The translations under genes were made by a program, and so were the position numbers. The notes under the pieces were generated by a model. It saw only the letters and a list, made by a program, of their open reading frames with translations. It did not search any database and was not told the DNA's origin. A stretch of DNA of 64,000 bases from Lama glama. Its lineage: Eukaryota. The stretch lies in assembly GCA_028534125.1 (NCBI GenBank), contig CM052817.1:57228001-57292000 (forward strand). The letters are read 5' to 3'. Positions 37,911 through 51,327 of the stretch are shown here, in pieces; position 1 is the stretch's first letter; each line of letters begins with the position of its first letter.

Positions 37911-39571
37911 TGAAATCTGACCATGAAATAATATGATCGACTTCTAACAGCATAACCAGATATAAATTCTGATTGAAACAGGTATTGTCCTTTCAAAATG
38001 ATCATCTTGGGAGACTATACATATTCCAACCATACTGCTTTGGTACCCAAAATGTTATCTTAAAAATTGGTTTCAGGGGTACTTTCTGTCAAGATCTTCA
38101 CTCTTTTTTTTTTTAAGATCTTCATCCTTTTAAGTTGGGTTGATTTTTTGGAAACAATCTGCACAGGCAGACTCTAGGGTGTCCCCATGACCTCTGCCTC
38201 CCAGTACTCATGCTCTTGTGTGATCCCCTCCCCTCAAGTGTGGGCAGAGTCTGTGACTTGTTTCTAGCAATAGAATACAGCAAACATAGTGGGATATACA
38301 TAACTACATGTACACAATTATATTACCTAAGATTGTAACCTGTCTTGCTAGCACCACATTTTTCCCTTGCTGGCTTTAAGGAAGCAAGTCATCACATTGA
38401 GAAAGTCCGTATTACAAGGAGCTGAAGGTAGCCTAGAGCTGACAGACAACCAGAAATTAAAGCCCTGGGTCAACAGCCTGGAAGGAACTGAATGCTGCCA
38501 ATCACCATGTGAGCTTCGAAGTAAACCCTTTCCAGTCAAGCATTCAGATGAGATCCCAGCCCTGGCTAATAGTTTGCAACATTACAGAGGACCCAACTTA
38601 GCCATGCCCACACTCCTGACCCACGGAAACTGAGATAATAAATGTGTGTTGTTTTAAGCTGCCAAGCCTGTGGTAATATTATTACACAGAAATAGATAAC
38701 TAATATACAAACTGTCTGAGCCAAGGCTAGTCAACATAACATGTATTTTTTTTTATCCAAGCAATCATTCTCAAATCTTGTCCTCCATCTTTTCCTTACC
38801 TTGCTTTCCTACCTATTCATTCCTAACAAAATCAAGAATTCCCTTGAAAAGGAAACATTTTCAAGTCTACCTAATTCTTCAAGGTCAGAATAACAGCCTC
38901 TAGCATTTATAGGACATTTACTACATGTCAGGCACTGTGCTAAGCACTGTGCATATATTATTTTATTAGTCCACACTACCCTATAAGGTAGAAATTCTTA
39001 CATTACCACTTAAAAAGTGAGGAAATGGAGTAAAATAATTTTCCCAAGGTCAAAAAGCTAGTAAACAGTAGAGCTGAAAATCTAACTCAAACAATCAACT
39101 TCTAACTACACAATCAATATCTTTCCTGTAAAGGATGCCTGCAGGCATTATTTAATGCAAACAAAGTCCCCACGAGATAGCTATTCTAGTGACCAGTTTA
39201 TTAACAGATGAAGAAACTAGGCTCTGAGAGTTTTACAAATAAAGTCATTTAACTTGTTAATGGTCAAGTGGAGACTCAAAGAACTAAAGTTTTGCTGATG
39301 CCCTAAACCGGTGCTTTTTCTACCATGAAGATACCAGTTAGTTCTTGGTCTGCAGTCCTGAGGCTGACTGTATTATAAGCAGGTCTGGTAACATGAATGT
39401 AGTAATAACCAAAAGAGAAGCTCTGAAACTGTTTTGAATGAAGGTACCATCATTGAGACATTCAGTGTGAACACACTCAAGGGTTCCATTTTGAAAGATA
39501 ACACTCATCTCCAAGCAATAGTTCTATGATCATAAAATTATAATCATATTACTTTATAATCACATCTCATA
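37911..39571. mobile_element. MARNA-like mariner relic: left arm 37911-38160 and right arm ~39400-39571, with MLT1 and MIR in between
   Basis: ttgtcctttcaaaatgatcatcttgggagactatacatattccaa, and its inverse counterpart ctcaagggttccattttgaaagataacactcat...tactttataatcacatctcata. Confidence 0.65.
38160..38708 (+). mobile_element. MLT1E-like MaLR LTR
   Basis: tgatcccctcccctcaagtgtgggcagagtctgtgacttg...gaaactgagataataaatgtgtgttgttttaagctg...atagataactaata. Confidence 0.88.
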
Positions 39572-39665
39572 AGCAGACACAAAACTACAGTATTGAATAT
39601 AAGGTACATAACTCCGTGAAACTCGATTTTCCTAAACTATAAAATGGCAGGGGTTAGAAAAAAAT

Positions 39666-39960
39666 CAGTATTTCTCAAAGTGTGTTCCTGAGGACACTAA
39701 CCCCACTAGATGTTAAGAAGTATTCAGGGGGAAAAAATTATGTAGTTTCATGGGGGCAAGGCAGCAGGAGTGGTGTGGGTTGTGCTTTGCAAGGTCAGTA
39801 AGTTCATGCTGTTTACTGCCCTCTGGGAGGCTCAAAGTCCACATGAGCACTTAGAGGCTCTGAGAAGTCCTGCACTAAAGAAATCTATGAACCTCTGCTG
39901 AACCCAGTGGCTTCAGAACTTTTTAACTACATAACCTTTTTTCCTAAGAACACTTATTAA
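39666..39960. mobile_element. hAT-Charlie-type DNA transposon remnant
   Basis: cagtatttctcaaagtgtgttcc...ggctctgagaagtcctgcactaaagaaa. Confidence 0.6.
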
Positions 39961-40714
39961 TGTCTGCTAGGACTCTCATTTTTACTTAGGAAATTCTATG
40001 AATTTACCTCAAGGTTAATTTTCATTTCACAGGAGGCTAAAAATGAAGTTTGACCTATAAAGTGAGTTAGAAGTAGTTTGTTTAAATTATATAGAACTTA
40101 GGAGGCAATTGCAAATGTCCCCAAGAGCACACATTTTCTTCAGGCTTCCAATCCATCAATTTTAGCTACCCATTATCTGCTCATTCTTTTCAAGGTACTT
40201 GGAGTTGATGATTTTTTATGAATTTGAGAATGTAAAATAACATTTACAGATAATCAACCCATTTCCAGAGAATAACTTCTAGGTGGAACCATTTATTCTA
40301 CCAACTTGCTTCAAGTAATCACACATTTGCCGCCAAGGAAAAGAAAAAGGGCAAATACGTTACATTTCTATTATGTGAGTTGTCTGTGAAGTTTCCTCCA
40401 TGCTACCTGATTTTACATAAAATAACCATGTTCAAAGGGTATACTAATCCTATTGACCTTTGCAAAACCATTTAGAAAGATCTCACTTTTTAAATTTTAA
40501 AACATTAAAATATTTGATGGAATTTCCTCAACCAAGTCATTTTTGTGGTCTATAAAGTGAAGACAATAACTTGGAGGCTTAATGATTCAGTTCATGTTCC
40601 CTTATCAAGTCAGTGCCCACACAGTCAAGTGATTAGTATCAGATATAACAAAGATGCCTTCAGGAAAACTGTGTGTGCTGCTTTATAGCCATTCTTTTGA
40701 GCTATGAGTCATCC

Positions 40715-41085
40715 TGGCTCCAGCTTAGACTTTAAGCAAATTGTTTACCTTTTCTTAGGCTTTGAGTTTTAAGCCTCTGTTTCCTCATCTATAAAATGGG
40801 CTTATAATAGTTCCTATACTGTAGAGTTATTGAGATGAGTAAATGAGATATAGCATGGGAAATATCACTCAGTCCATTTATTCAAAAAAGCATTCATGTG
40901 CCTGAAAGTCTGCTTTTAGGGATGCTTATAATAAAACTTATGTGATGCCTCCTGTCATTTCAATTCTTATGAGGAAACAGAAAAGTTAAGAAATTTGCCC
41001 ACAGTCACCAAGCTGATGTAAGTGGAAAACCATGGACTTCAACTCTTTTCTATTTGACTCTTTGTTATTTCCACTGCACCACACT
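40715..41085. mobile_element. Two MIR fragments in opposite orientation
   Basis: gtttcctcatctataaaatggg (+) and gaggaaacag...aatttgcccacagtcac (-). Confidence 0.75.
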
Positions 41086-41744
41086 GACGCTTAACAAAAT
41101 GTGTTGAGTGTCCCCCTCGCACATGTTTTCCAAGATGCTGCTGCAGAAAAAAAAAAAAAAATTTAAGTCAAGCCTGATCCTTAGGCAAAGCTGTGAAGTA
41201 ATAAGCAAAACTGATCTTTTCTATCCTTGCCGCCCACCTCCAGGAGACAGAGTCCTCACATCGCCCCTAAAAGCCCTGGGATTTTCTCACAATGTTTCAC
41301 TAGGGCTACCTACCGAGACAGTGGCCCATCTTCTAGATCAGTGCTACTTAATATATCAGTTGCTTGTTAGTAGACAATGATGAAATAAGGAGTTTGCACT
41401 CAAATGTAAATTAATATGCTGCTTCCTTCAATGACAAAGTCTTGATACCAAAAAAAAATCAGCCAACTTAATAAGGGTGCTAGTGACCCTGCAAGCTACT
41501 CATCTCATGGTGGACCAAGAGCAGTCCCCAGACTACACTTTGAGTAGCAGTGTTCCAGAATATGCCCAGTCCCCTCGTATCTCTCTTTCCTCACAGAATG
41601 TAACTATTTATGCTCATTTCTCACAGGTTCTGCTCTTCTCAATGACTAACCTGAAAAAGTAATTCACTTATAGGTACTGGTGTTGCTAACAGTTAATGTT
41701 TGGTGTCTCTAGATAAAATTTTTATCATTTAAAATGGGTCTATT

Positions 41745-41876
41745 ATAGCACAGGGAACTGTGTTCAATATCTTATAGTGACTTTTAATGGAAAAAAGAAT
41801 ATGAAAACGAAAATATGTATGTATATGCAAAAAATAAATAAGTAAATAAGTAAAATAAAATAAAATAAAATAAAAT
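41745..41876 (+). mobile_element. Short L1 3'UTR insertion with (TAAAA)n tail and 14-bp TSD
   Basis: TSD aaaatgggtctatt (41731-41744) / aaaataggtctatt (41877-41890); body atagcacagggaactgtgttcaatatcttatag. Confidence 0.88.
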
Positions 41877-43354
41877 AAAATAGGTCTATTTTAGATGTTC
41901 CCTAACCCAGAGAATCATTGATAGTGGGGATTTTAGGTACCATGCACGGGTGTGAGAAATATGTATTAGGGAGACAGATGAGAATTTAGGTGCTACATAA
42001 ATCACATCAAACTGACCCACAAGTGTGTGTGCATGTGCACACACATGTGACCTGCGGTGAGGCACAGGTAAGGCACGGAGTGACATGTTGTTATGATGTG
42101 AGAGTCAAGGAGAAAAGCTGCTTACTCTTTAGTCAAAAGATTCCCTCTGAGTTTCCAGGGACAGGTAAGATGAGTCTAAACCTTGCTTCTCTATCAGAGA
42201 GAGATGTGTTTTCTCTCTCCTTTTCCCTACTATTGGTACTAAGGGACGTTATGCATCCAGTGTACCAAGAAGAGTATCTGGCACATAGCAGGTACTCAAT
42301 AAAATTACTAGTCCTCCAGACAACATCCACTTAGTACTTATTTTGTGCCAGGCACTGTTCATGCAACAAGGAATGAGGCAGATAAAGACCCTGGCCTTCA
42401 TGTTGCTCACATTCCAGTGGGAGAGACATTAAATAGAGGAGGGGAGAAAGTAAGGAGGAGCCTTTAAGAAGTTTGAGTTGGAAGCAAAAGGAGGGAAAAG
42501 TAGACTAAATGTATATAGCCTACATTGTGTTTTTCCTCTTGATCATATCCAAATGTTACGGTATAATTCCATGACAGGGCTGCGTTTGAGTATTTAAATT
42601 GTTCCAAGAGGCAGCTGGACTGTATTTAAGGAAAAACTTTCTCACTGGGATAGATTACCATGGGAAGATACAAATTCCATTCTTGGAGTTTTTAAGACAA
42701 AATAACCCTCAAAATGGGTGATTTACATCCAACCTTTCCTAGGAACCATGAGTAGAAGAACACTGAACAGGAAATCTGTTGTGCCATTTATAAGCTGAGT
42801 GAACTAGATCAAGTCACTCTACCTCTGTAAGCCTCAGTGTCCTCATCTGTGGAAAGAGAAAGGAGTATCTGATGGCCTCGGGGTTACCTTACAATCTTGC
42901 GATTTCAGTGACACTAAAATCTTTTCATCTCTTCAAGTCCTCATTACTATAGGTTTTCACTGGGAAAACAGAGTACATCACTTCTGAAAATATAGTGTTA
43001 CCCTCAAGATTAAAAAAAAGGACTACAATTGTACAGAATCTGAGAGCGAGAGACAGAAAGAAAGAACCCACAATAAGGTTGGCATGTCTGCATACAGTTT
43101 TCAATACAGTTCTTATTGTCATGTGGTACATCTCCCTCACTGTCATCATACCGGTAAACCATCCTTTATACAGTCTATACTGCTGAAAAGCAGCATGTAA
43201 ATCCAATTTTGGTCATTTAAAGCACACTGCAAGTGCACTAGAGAAATTACTATTAAAGGGAATCCTTTACTTTTTTTGTGATGCAAAAACACAGCTGTAT
43301 TTCTTTTTTTGTGATAATCTGGGTTTATATAAATTAATGCTTACGGTTAAAGCC

Positions 43355-43600
43355 AATATTTACCAAGGACCCATGCTGTGTCAGGCTTTATGTCAAAAGG
43401 TATATACATAGAGTACTGCATGTAATACTAATAACATTCTTTTAAAATTAGTACTGTGATTATCATGATTTTACATATGGGGAAAGTGCAGCTCAGAATG
43501 GCCAAGCGATTAATCCAAAGTCACACTGGAAAAAGAACTAAAAGGCAAACCTACATGTATGAGATCCAAGAGCCCAAGTTCTTAACCACTACTCTGTAGT
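43355..43600 (-). mobile_element. MIR SINE
   Basis: gattttacatatggggaaagtgcagctcaga...tccaaagtcacac...ttcttaaccactact. Confidence 0.75.
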
Positions 43601-44309
43601 ACCCATGAAAATTGAGGCAAAGATCTGCCCTGGATTCATGTGGAATCTGAGGGCTCACTTTGTCCTGTGGCTTCTATTTTCTTAGCCCCAAAGTCCTTAC
43701 AGCCATTTCTTAGGTACTAAACCTTGTTTCCACACCTGACAAATGCCAAAGAGTTTCCAGGCATAGATGCTGCTCTCAGAAGCCCAGGTCTGTAAGCAGA
43801 GATAAACCATGGAAGCCTCAGAGGAGAGTAGCCAGGCCAAGAGAAGGCTCAAAGCCATGTTATCTGGGGACAGCTGGAAAAAGTGGGCAGGTTTGGACTG
43901 GAGAGGAGAAAACTAAGGGAAACGTGCTATTAACATAGTCTTTTCACAGTTCAGTGGTCTCATCTGAAAAATGGTCTCACTTCAGTCATAAGCAGTAGAC
44001 TCTTGGTATCTTCAGCAATACAGATACAGCTTCAAAATACAGGAAAAAACAAAATGTGATTTGCAGCACAATGCCATCTATTTAAATTAAAAATCTATAA
44101 TAAAAGAATAATGCCTGATTTACAAGAACTCATATAAAGAGAAGGAGATCCATCACACATATTAGAATGTTTGCCTATGGGAGCAAAGGTGAGTGTCAAA
44201 GGGAAGATTTCTCCTATTTTAGTCTAGTCTAAATATATGAAAGAGGATGACAGGTGTTAAATAAGTACCAGGGGATAATGCTAGGATTGGCAGGGGAAAC
44301 TCTGAAAGA

Positions 44310-44980
44310 GCACCATTCAAAATATATCCAGAACCCAAACACTTCTCTCCTTAAGCCCACCCTTTTCTTTGCACAATCTATTTGCAGAGCAAATCTCTTA
44401 AAACATGAGATATGATCATACGAGTCCCTAGATCAACCCCCTCCAAAGACTCCCCATTATATGTAGAGTAAAATCTAGTGTCCTTATAATGGCCCACAAG
44501 GCCACATATGCTGACTCCCATTCCCTTTCTAATCTCATATTCCACCACTCTCCCCTCTGTATTCCCCACTTCAACCACACTGGTCTCTTGCTCACCATGA
44601 ACACATTAAGCACACTTCTACTTCAGGCCTTTGTACTTACTGTTTCTACTGCCTGGAATATTCTTCCCTCAGATACTCACAGGGCTCACTCAGAACGTCA
44701 CTTGAAAGTCACTTGTCAATGAAGCCTTTCCTTACCACCCTAGTTAAAATTGCAAGTGCCCACCCGTGGCACTCTCTTTCTTCCTTTCTTATTTATCTCC
44801 TATCATGCTCTTCATTTTACATGCTTGATTTGCTCTTACCCTCCTGTTTGCTCTTACCCTCCAGAAGAAAGCAAGCTTCAAGAGCACAGGGATTTCTGTC
44901 TGTTTTGTTCACTACTCTCAGGACTTAAACAGTATCTATTATCTGGAACATGGTGTGCACTCAATAAATATATTTGAATT
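44310..44980 (+). mobile_element. L2a 3' fragment
   Basis: ttcaaaatatatccaga...ccacactggtctcttgct...gcctggaatattcttccc...cactcaataaatatatttgaat. Confidence 0.88.
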
Positions 44981-45019
44981 GATTTTTGTTCAATATAAAA
45001 AATTTCCTACATCAGAGAA

Positions 45020-45590
45020 AGCTCTAATTCCAAAATATACATGCATCCCTAACAGAAGCACTATTTAGAACAGCCAAGACATGGAAGCAATCTAAATGTC
45101 CATTGATAGATGAATGGATAAGGAAAATGTATTACATACGAAATGGAATACTACCTAGCCACAAAAAAGAATGAAATAATGCCATTTGCAGCAACATGGA
45201 TGACCTAGAGATTATCATACTAAGTGAACTAAGTCAAAGACAGAAAGACAAATATCATATGATGTCACTTACATGTAGAATCTAAAATACAATACAAATG
45301 AACTTGTTTATACAACAGAAATACACTCACAGACATATAAAACAAACTTATGGTTACCAAAGAGGAAAGGGGGGAAGGATAAATTAGGAGTCTGCGATTA
45401 GCAGACACAAACTACTATATATAAACCAGATAAACAACAAGGTCCTACTGTATAGCACAGGGTATTATATTCAATATCTTGCAATAAACTATAATGAAAA
45501 AGAATATATATGTATAACTGAATCATTTTGCTGTATACCAGAAACTAACTCAACATTATAAATTAACTATACTTCAATCAAAAAAATTTA
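45020..45590 (+). mobile_element. Cetartiodactyl-type L1 3' end
   Basis: gccaagacatggaagcaatctaaatgtcc...gtcctactgtatagcacaggg...gctgtataccagaaactaac. Confidence 0.92.
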
Positions 45591-45624
45591 AAAACTGCCT
45601 ACAGATCTTTTCATATATGAAGTG

Positions 45625-45792
45625 AAGTACCCCTGGAGGTAATGAGCTGCCTACCCTTGGAAGTATTCCAGCAGAGGCTGAGTGACATTTCGGTAGAGAT
45701 ATCAAAGAAAAGGTTCAAGCACTGGGTATGTGATTGGACTAGATAGTAATACAAGCTCCTGCCAATCCTGAAATACACAGTTCTGTGATTCA
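45625..45792 (+). mobile_element. CR1/L3 3' end
   Basis: gtaatgagctgcctacccttggaagtattccagcagaggctg...ttggactaga...ttctgtgattc. Confidence 0.7.
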
Positions 45793-45822
45793 CCACAAAG
45801 TTGCTTAAGAAACCAGGGTTAT

Positions 45823-46788
45823 GGGGACTTCCGGGCAAGATGGCGGAGTAGAAGGATGCTTGTAAGTCACCCTCTCCCACAAATACACCAAGACCCACAT
45901 CTACAGACCCACTCAGCCAACCAGAGCACCTGCGGANNNNNNNNNNNNNNNNNNNNNNNNNNNNNNNNNNNNNNNNNNNNNNNNNNNNNNNNNNNNNNNN
46001 NNNNNNNNNNNNNNNNNNNNNNNNNNNNNNNNNNNNNNNNNNNNNNNNNNNNNNNNNNNNNNNNNNNNNNNNNNNNNNNNNNNNNNNNNNNNNNNNNNNN
46101 NNNNNNNNNNNNNNNNNNNNNNNNNNNNNNNNNNNNNNNNNNNNNNNNNNNNNNNNNNNNNNNNNNNNNNNNNNNNNNNNNNNNNNNNNNNNNNNNNNNN
46201 NNNNNNNNNNNNNNNNNNNNNNNNNNNNNNNNNNNNNNNNNNNNNNNNNNNNNNNNNNNNNNNNNNNNNNNNNNNNNNNNNNNNNNNNNNNNNNNNNNNN
46301 NNNNNNNNNNNNNNNNNNNNNNNNNNNNNNNNNNNNNNNNNNNNNNNNNNNNNNNNNNNNNNNNNNNNNNNNNNNNNNNNNNNNNNNNNNNNNNNNNNNN
46401 NNNNNNNNNNNNNNNNNNNNNNNNNNNNNNNNNNNNCGCTCATATGTGGAATCTAAAAAACAAAAACAAAGCATAAATACAGGACAGAAATAGACTCATG
46501 GACAGAGAATACAGACTTGTGGTTACGGGGGGGGTGGGTAGAGGGTGGGAAGGGATAGACTGGGATTTCAAAATTGTAGAATAGATAAACAAGATTACAC
46601 TGTATAGCACAGGGAAATATACACAAAATGTTATGATAAATCACAGAGAAAAAAAATGTGACAATGAGTTTGTATATGTCCATGAATGAGTGAAAAATTG
46701 TGCTGAACACTGGAATTTGACACAACACTGTAAAATGATTATGAATCAATAAAAAATGTAAAAAAAAATAAAAAAAAAATAAAAAAAA
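45823..46788 (+). mobile_element. Young, probably full-length L1 whose interior lies in the gap
   Basis: 5' start ggggacttccgggcaagatggcggag; 3'UTR and poly(A) after the gap. Perfect 16-bp TSD aagaaaccagggttat (45807-45822, 46789-46804). Confidence 0.9.
45937..46436. other. Assembly gap (500 N)
   Basis: Seen directly. Confidence 1.
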
Positions 46789-49700
46789 AAGAAACCAGGG
46801 TTATATCTTCAATCCCATATGCCTAGTGAATTAAGCAACAGTAGTTTGGGTGTTTTGTTTTGTTTCATTTTTAATGTAAATCTTTTAGACCCCATGAGTC
46901 TATTTTATAACATTTTCTCCTGAATACAAAAAAGCAGCATACATCTAACTGCAAATGGGAAATTTCAGGACAAGCTAGTGTTATCAAATAACTGTATTAT
47001 CTGAAAAAAATTCATCACCTCACGTAATTTAAATTCTTCCCTTTTGTTCCCCTTGTGTATATTTTTGCATTAAAAAGTCTGCTTAAAATTAGTTCAATTC
47101 TTCCCTTTGGGGTAGATTTTAAAACAAAAACATGGGAGGATTAAAAAGAGGAAGAAATGACTGATAGTTGAGTTTTTTCTATAGAGTCTCTTGATTTATG
47201 TATGATAAGAAGGTTGAAAGCATGTGTAGAAAGACCAAAAAAAAGAGAATGCACGTTCTAGGGTCCAAACAAATTAGTGATGTCACTGTCCTCCAGGGAA
47301 GAAAACAGTTTGATTATATTTTTCACAAAGATAAGAAAATTGCAGGATCCAAGAGATAGAGATTCATGCTTTAGATTCTATTATAAAGTGTGGGCTAAAG
47401 TAAGATCCTGATATTTCCTGCACCAACTCTACCCTCTGCTAGAAGATGTAATTCTTCAGTTGTGTGAACAGTCCAAGAGTCCTACAGGTAACTGAATGAT
47501 GGCAACAAGAGTGGTCCTCTGCTCCATAAGGAGGAAATTCTGAAGGTGACCTGGAAATTCTTTAGGGCACAGGAGGTGTTTCATCCCTGTTTATGGCTTT
47601 CCTTGGCATAGAGACTGGGGACCCATGGGGATATCCAATTACAACATTTTATTTCATCCTAGATGGAGGAACAGATCTGTCCCACTCCTTTTATAGAAAT
47701 TCATCATTTCCAAACAAAGAAAAAATTTTGAGGTAATACACATTCTCCCCGTTGCCAGTATGTAGTCTATTTTGGGAAGGAGCCAGCAGATGTACCACAA
47801 CTAAGAACAGGTGCCAATAATCACCACTGCTTATTACTCCCTGTCAGTGCAGAGATACCTCAAGGGATTTTTTTAAGGGAATCTCCCAACACTGGGCTTA
47901 ACAGTGGTCTATAGGGTCACTGCTCTTCCTGACATTTTCTCTTTCACATTCCCCACACCGACTCACAACCTGATAATGGAGCACCTCTTCATTCTACATG
48001 ACACATGCTTTACCACAGACATTGACACTCTAAAACAAAAATGGTTAACAGTCATTTAATAGTAGATTCTGAGCACTTTCTATATCCCTAGCATTGTGAT
48101 CAGCACAGAGATGAAGAATAGGGGCTGGGAGGAATGAGGGAAGGCAGGCAAAGTAAAGAGAGATCTCTTCGTACCTACATGGAGCTCACAATCCATTGTG
48201 CAGACAAAACTATTACTATAAAATAAAATAATTAAAGAGTAACATAATACAGTGCTTCATGCCGTGAAAACAATGAACAGATTTAGCACAGGAGGATATT
48301 CTGTGCGGTTTAACTAGACTCGGCCTTGAATGACAGAAGAAAGAAATAGAGAAGTTAGTGGGGCCAGGCTCTCAATAAGTCTGGCCAAAATCAATTGGAC
48401 AATGGTCCTGTCCCTTTGCTGGCCTCCATTCCACAGTGCAGCCATAGGATACAAGTGGGAGCCACAAATAAGCTCAGTGGGTATTAGGCCACAGGTTTTG
48501 GTCCCACTTTGATGTTCCCTCTTTGGATTGCTCAACATGTAGAATCCAATTCTCAGAAAACACAAAATTAGAATATTGTAGTCAAGTCAAAAAAATTCTT
48601 CCTTTTCTACTGAACCACATGGTTCTATGTATGTATTTGTGATTTTCTTTTTTCCAAAGGGAGAATTTTTTTTTAATAAATGAAAGTTGCCTTTATTGGC
48701 ATCAAGGTATAAAAACACAAAATAAAATCAAAGTAACAGTTAAAGATAACAGTAATAGCTAACAGCTTTTGCCAGTTACTGTTTCATTAACTCATTTAAT
48801 CCTCTAACAAAGGGGAAGTTTTAAACAGGAAAAAATTAGCAAGAAATTCTGAAAGCAGGTATAAGATCAGGGCAAAACGGCTGAGTACCAGAAAAGCACA
48901 GAAAGAGTTAGTGCTTAAATCCCAGGTAGAAGAAATCAATTCTCCAAATGTGGTGCGGCCTCATCCTGGAGTGACAATCTCCTATTAAGGGTCTTTAGAC
49001 TCTCCCTCAGTATGAACTTCAGGCCCCAGGAGACAGGCTCTGGCTGTATGACCACAGGCACATGACTTATACTCTACAGATAACAGGGGCAATCCTACCT
49101 ACGTCCAAGAGCTTAGATGTTAGAGATAATACAGACAAGGACATAGTACAAGGCCTAGGACAGAAATTGCTCAAGTGGAATTTATTATTACCATTGTTAG
49201 TAATAATTTTATTATCACCCTTCCTCTCTATCAAGCTTCTTATTTCTTTCTTTCTGAGTTTTTTTTGCTATACTCAAATAACTAAAAAGTTACATGCTCA
49301 GATCCCCACAGGGTTTTCTTCTCCTGTTAGTGCTATGGGTCATCCTGGTTTAATCAGTCCTTTTAAAGAATCACCAACCATTCTTCTGGCTGGCATTTTA
49401 ATCAGGTTTTCCCAAGAATCCCAAAGGAGGGGAGAAATGGAATTGCAATGAAAAAATCCACTTTTCTCTACATGCCAGTAAATTATAACTTCTCAGCTGC
49501 CTCCGAAAAAGAACAAAAGACACATGGCAGAACATTTTTCTGGATGAAAATAAAAATGACAAAGCAGAAGAACCAAATTTCTTGCAGTATTGACACTGAA
49601 TTAGGGAGGGAGGGCAGGCAGGGGCAGCGAACAAGTGCAGTTCTGCAGAATCATATCCTTAAGTTACTCTAACTCCATACTGAGAGTGTTCACAGATCAC

Positions 49701-50357
49701 CTCTGGGATAGGAGGAAAACATCTCCTCTCCACGGATCTTTACAAATATTAAAAAGGAGAAGAACTTTAAGTACTCAAAATGGAAGATAGTATTTACATA
49801 ATCCATTCAGGACTTTGTGCCTGATGCCACTTAATATTCTGTTGCTTAGTGCTTCTCTCTGAGAGACTCTTTCCCTCCCTGTGGTCTCCCCGGCAACATC
49901 TTTGTTTGGTTCCTAAGATGGCTATAAAATAGCTGTCTGTTCTTTGGACATGAGTCAGTCTGGCTACTGCAATGGTGGAGATGGCACAGCAAGAGACTGG
50001 CTGAGTTTGCATCCTGGCTTGACACTGACCTACTTTGTGTCCTTAGGCAAGTTACTTAACCTTTCTGAATCCACAGTCGCCTTGTCTATAAAACAGAGAT
50101 ACCTATATTACCTTCTCATTCAGGCTGTGTGTAGATTAAATGGAGTAATGCATGTAAAAAGCTCAACACACTTAATATTACGTTTGGTGGTGAGAAGGAA
50201 GAGAAGTGGGAAGAGTCAAGTAAGGAGGAAGCAAGAAAGACTATAACATTCTGACAGTGCCTGCTAGCTCCCATCCTTTTTCTCCCTCTCCCTACACCAT
50301 GTTCAGTGCACCCACAGCTTGGGGCTAGAAACAATAACCAACAAGTAACAGTTGCCA

Positions 50358-50847
50358 TTTATATTACTTTGCCAGAGCTGCCCTATCAAAGTACCAATGT
50401 GGCTTAAATAACAGAAATTTATTGTTTCACAGTTCTGCAGACTGCATGTCTGAGCAAGCTGTGGGCAAGGCTGGCTCCTTCTGAGGGCTGTGAGAGAGAA
50501 TCTGTTCCATGCCTCCTACCTAGCTTCTAGTGTTTCACTGGTTATCTTTGGCATTCCTTGGCTTGTAGAAGCATCACCCTGATCTCTGCCTTCAACTTCA
50601 TCTGGCACTCCCTGTGAGACACTGTGTAAGTGTCTGTGCCCAAATTTCCCGTTTCATAAGGACAACAGTCATATTGGATTGAGGCCCACTCTAATTACCT
50701 CATCTTAACTAATTACATGTGCAATGACCCTATTTTCAAATAAGGTCACATTCTGTGGTATTGGGGTGATGTGGGGAGGGAGGGCAGGCAGGGAACCATC
50801 ATATGAAGTGGGATGGTAGAGGTGGGGACATAATTCAACCCATAACA
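50358..50847 (-). mobile_element. MLT1C-like MaLR LTR
   Basis: ggcttaaataacagaaatttattgtttcacagttctg...ttctgagggctgtgag...aataaggtcacattctg...aattcaacccataaca. Confidence 0.9.
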
Positions 50848-50925
50848 CCACTAAGCCGTGTGTCCCTGGGCAAGTCACTTATCTCCTGTACCTCGGGCTC
50901 CTCGGGGTTGGGACTATAGCAGAGC

Positions 50926-51327
50926 TGTCAATGCCCTCCCCACAGGCCCTTGGGCCTTGCCACTGTGGAGCTGGCAGCCAGACCTTCAACTGCCTGAGGG
51001 CTTTCTCTGGCAGCCAAAGTCATTCTGCCTCTGCTACGCCAGGGCAGAAGTTCCAAAGAACTAATATGCCCTAGGAGAGGTCCTGAACCAGTCCAAGTCA
51101 CACACGAGTTGGTGTGTGAGTACCACACCCCTTTGCCCTCTGGTGAGATAATTCCTAGGCACACAGTCCTGCCAGTTCACAGAGTCCCAGGGACATTAAG
51201 CCCTGGTTGCTCATCCTTTATTGGCTGCCTCCCCATTTCCCTATGGAGTCTCTTCACCTCCCAAATAAACTACTGATGCTAAAATACTAGTATCAGTGTA
51301 GGCTTCTGGGGAAACCAAACTAAGACT
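50926..51327 (+). mobile_element. LTR16A-like ERVL LTR
   Basis: cctgagggctttctctggc...ttattggctgcctccc...cctcccaaataaactact...gcttctggggaaaccaaactaagac. Confidence 0.8.

Noticed and set aside
45611..46476. Long ORFs of 176-287 aa
   Set aside because: Artefacts of translating the N gap.
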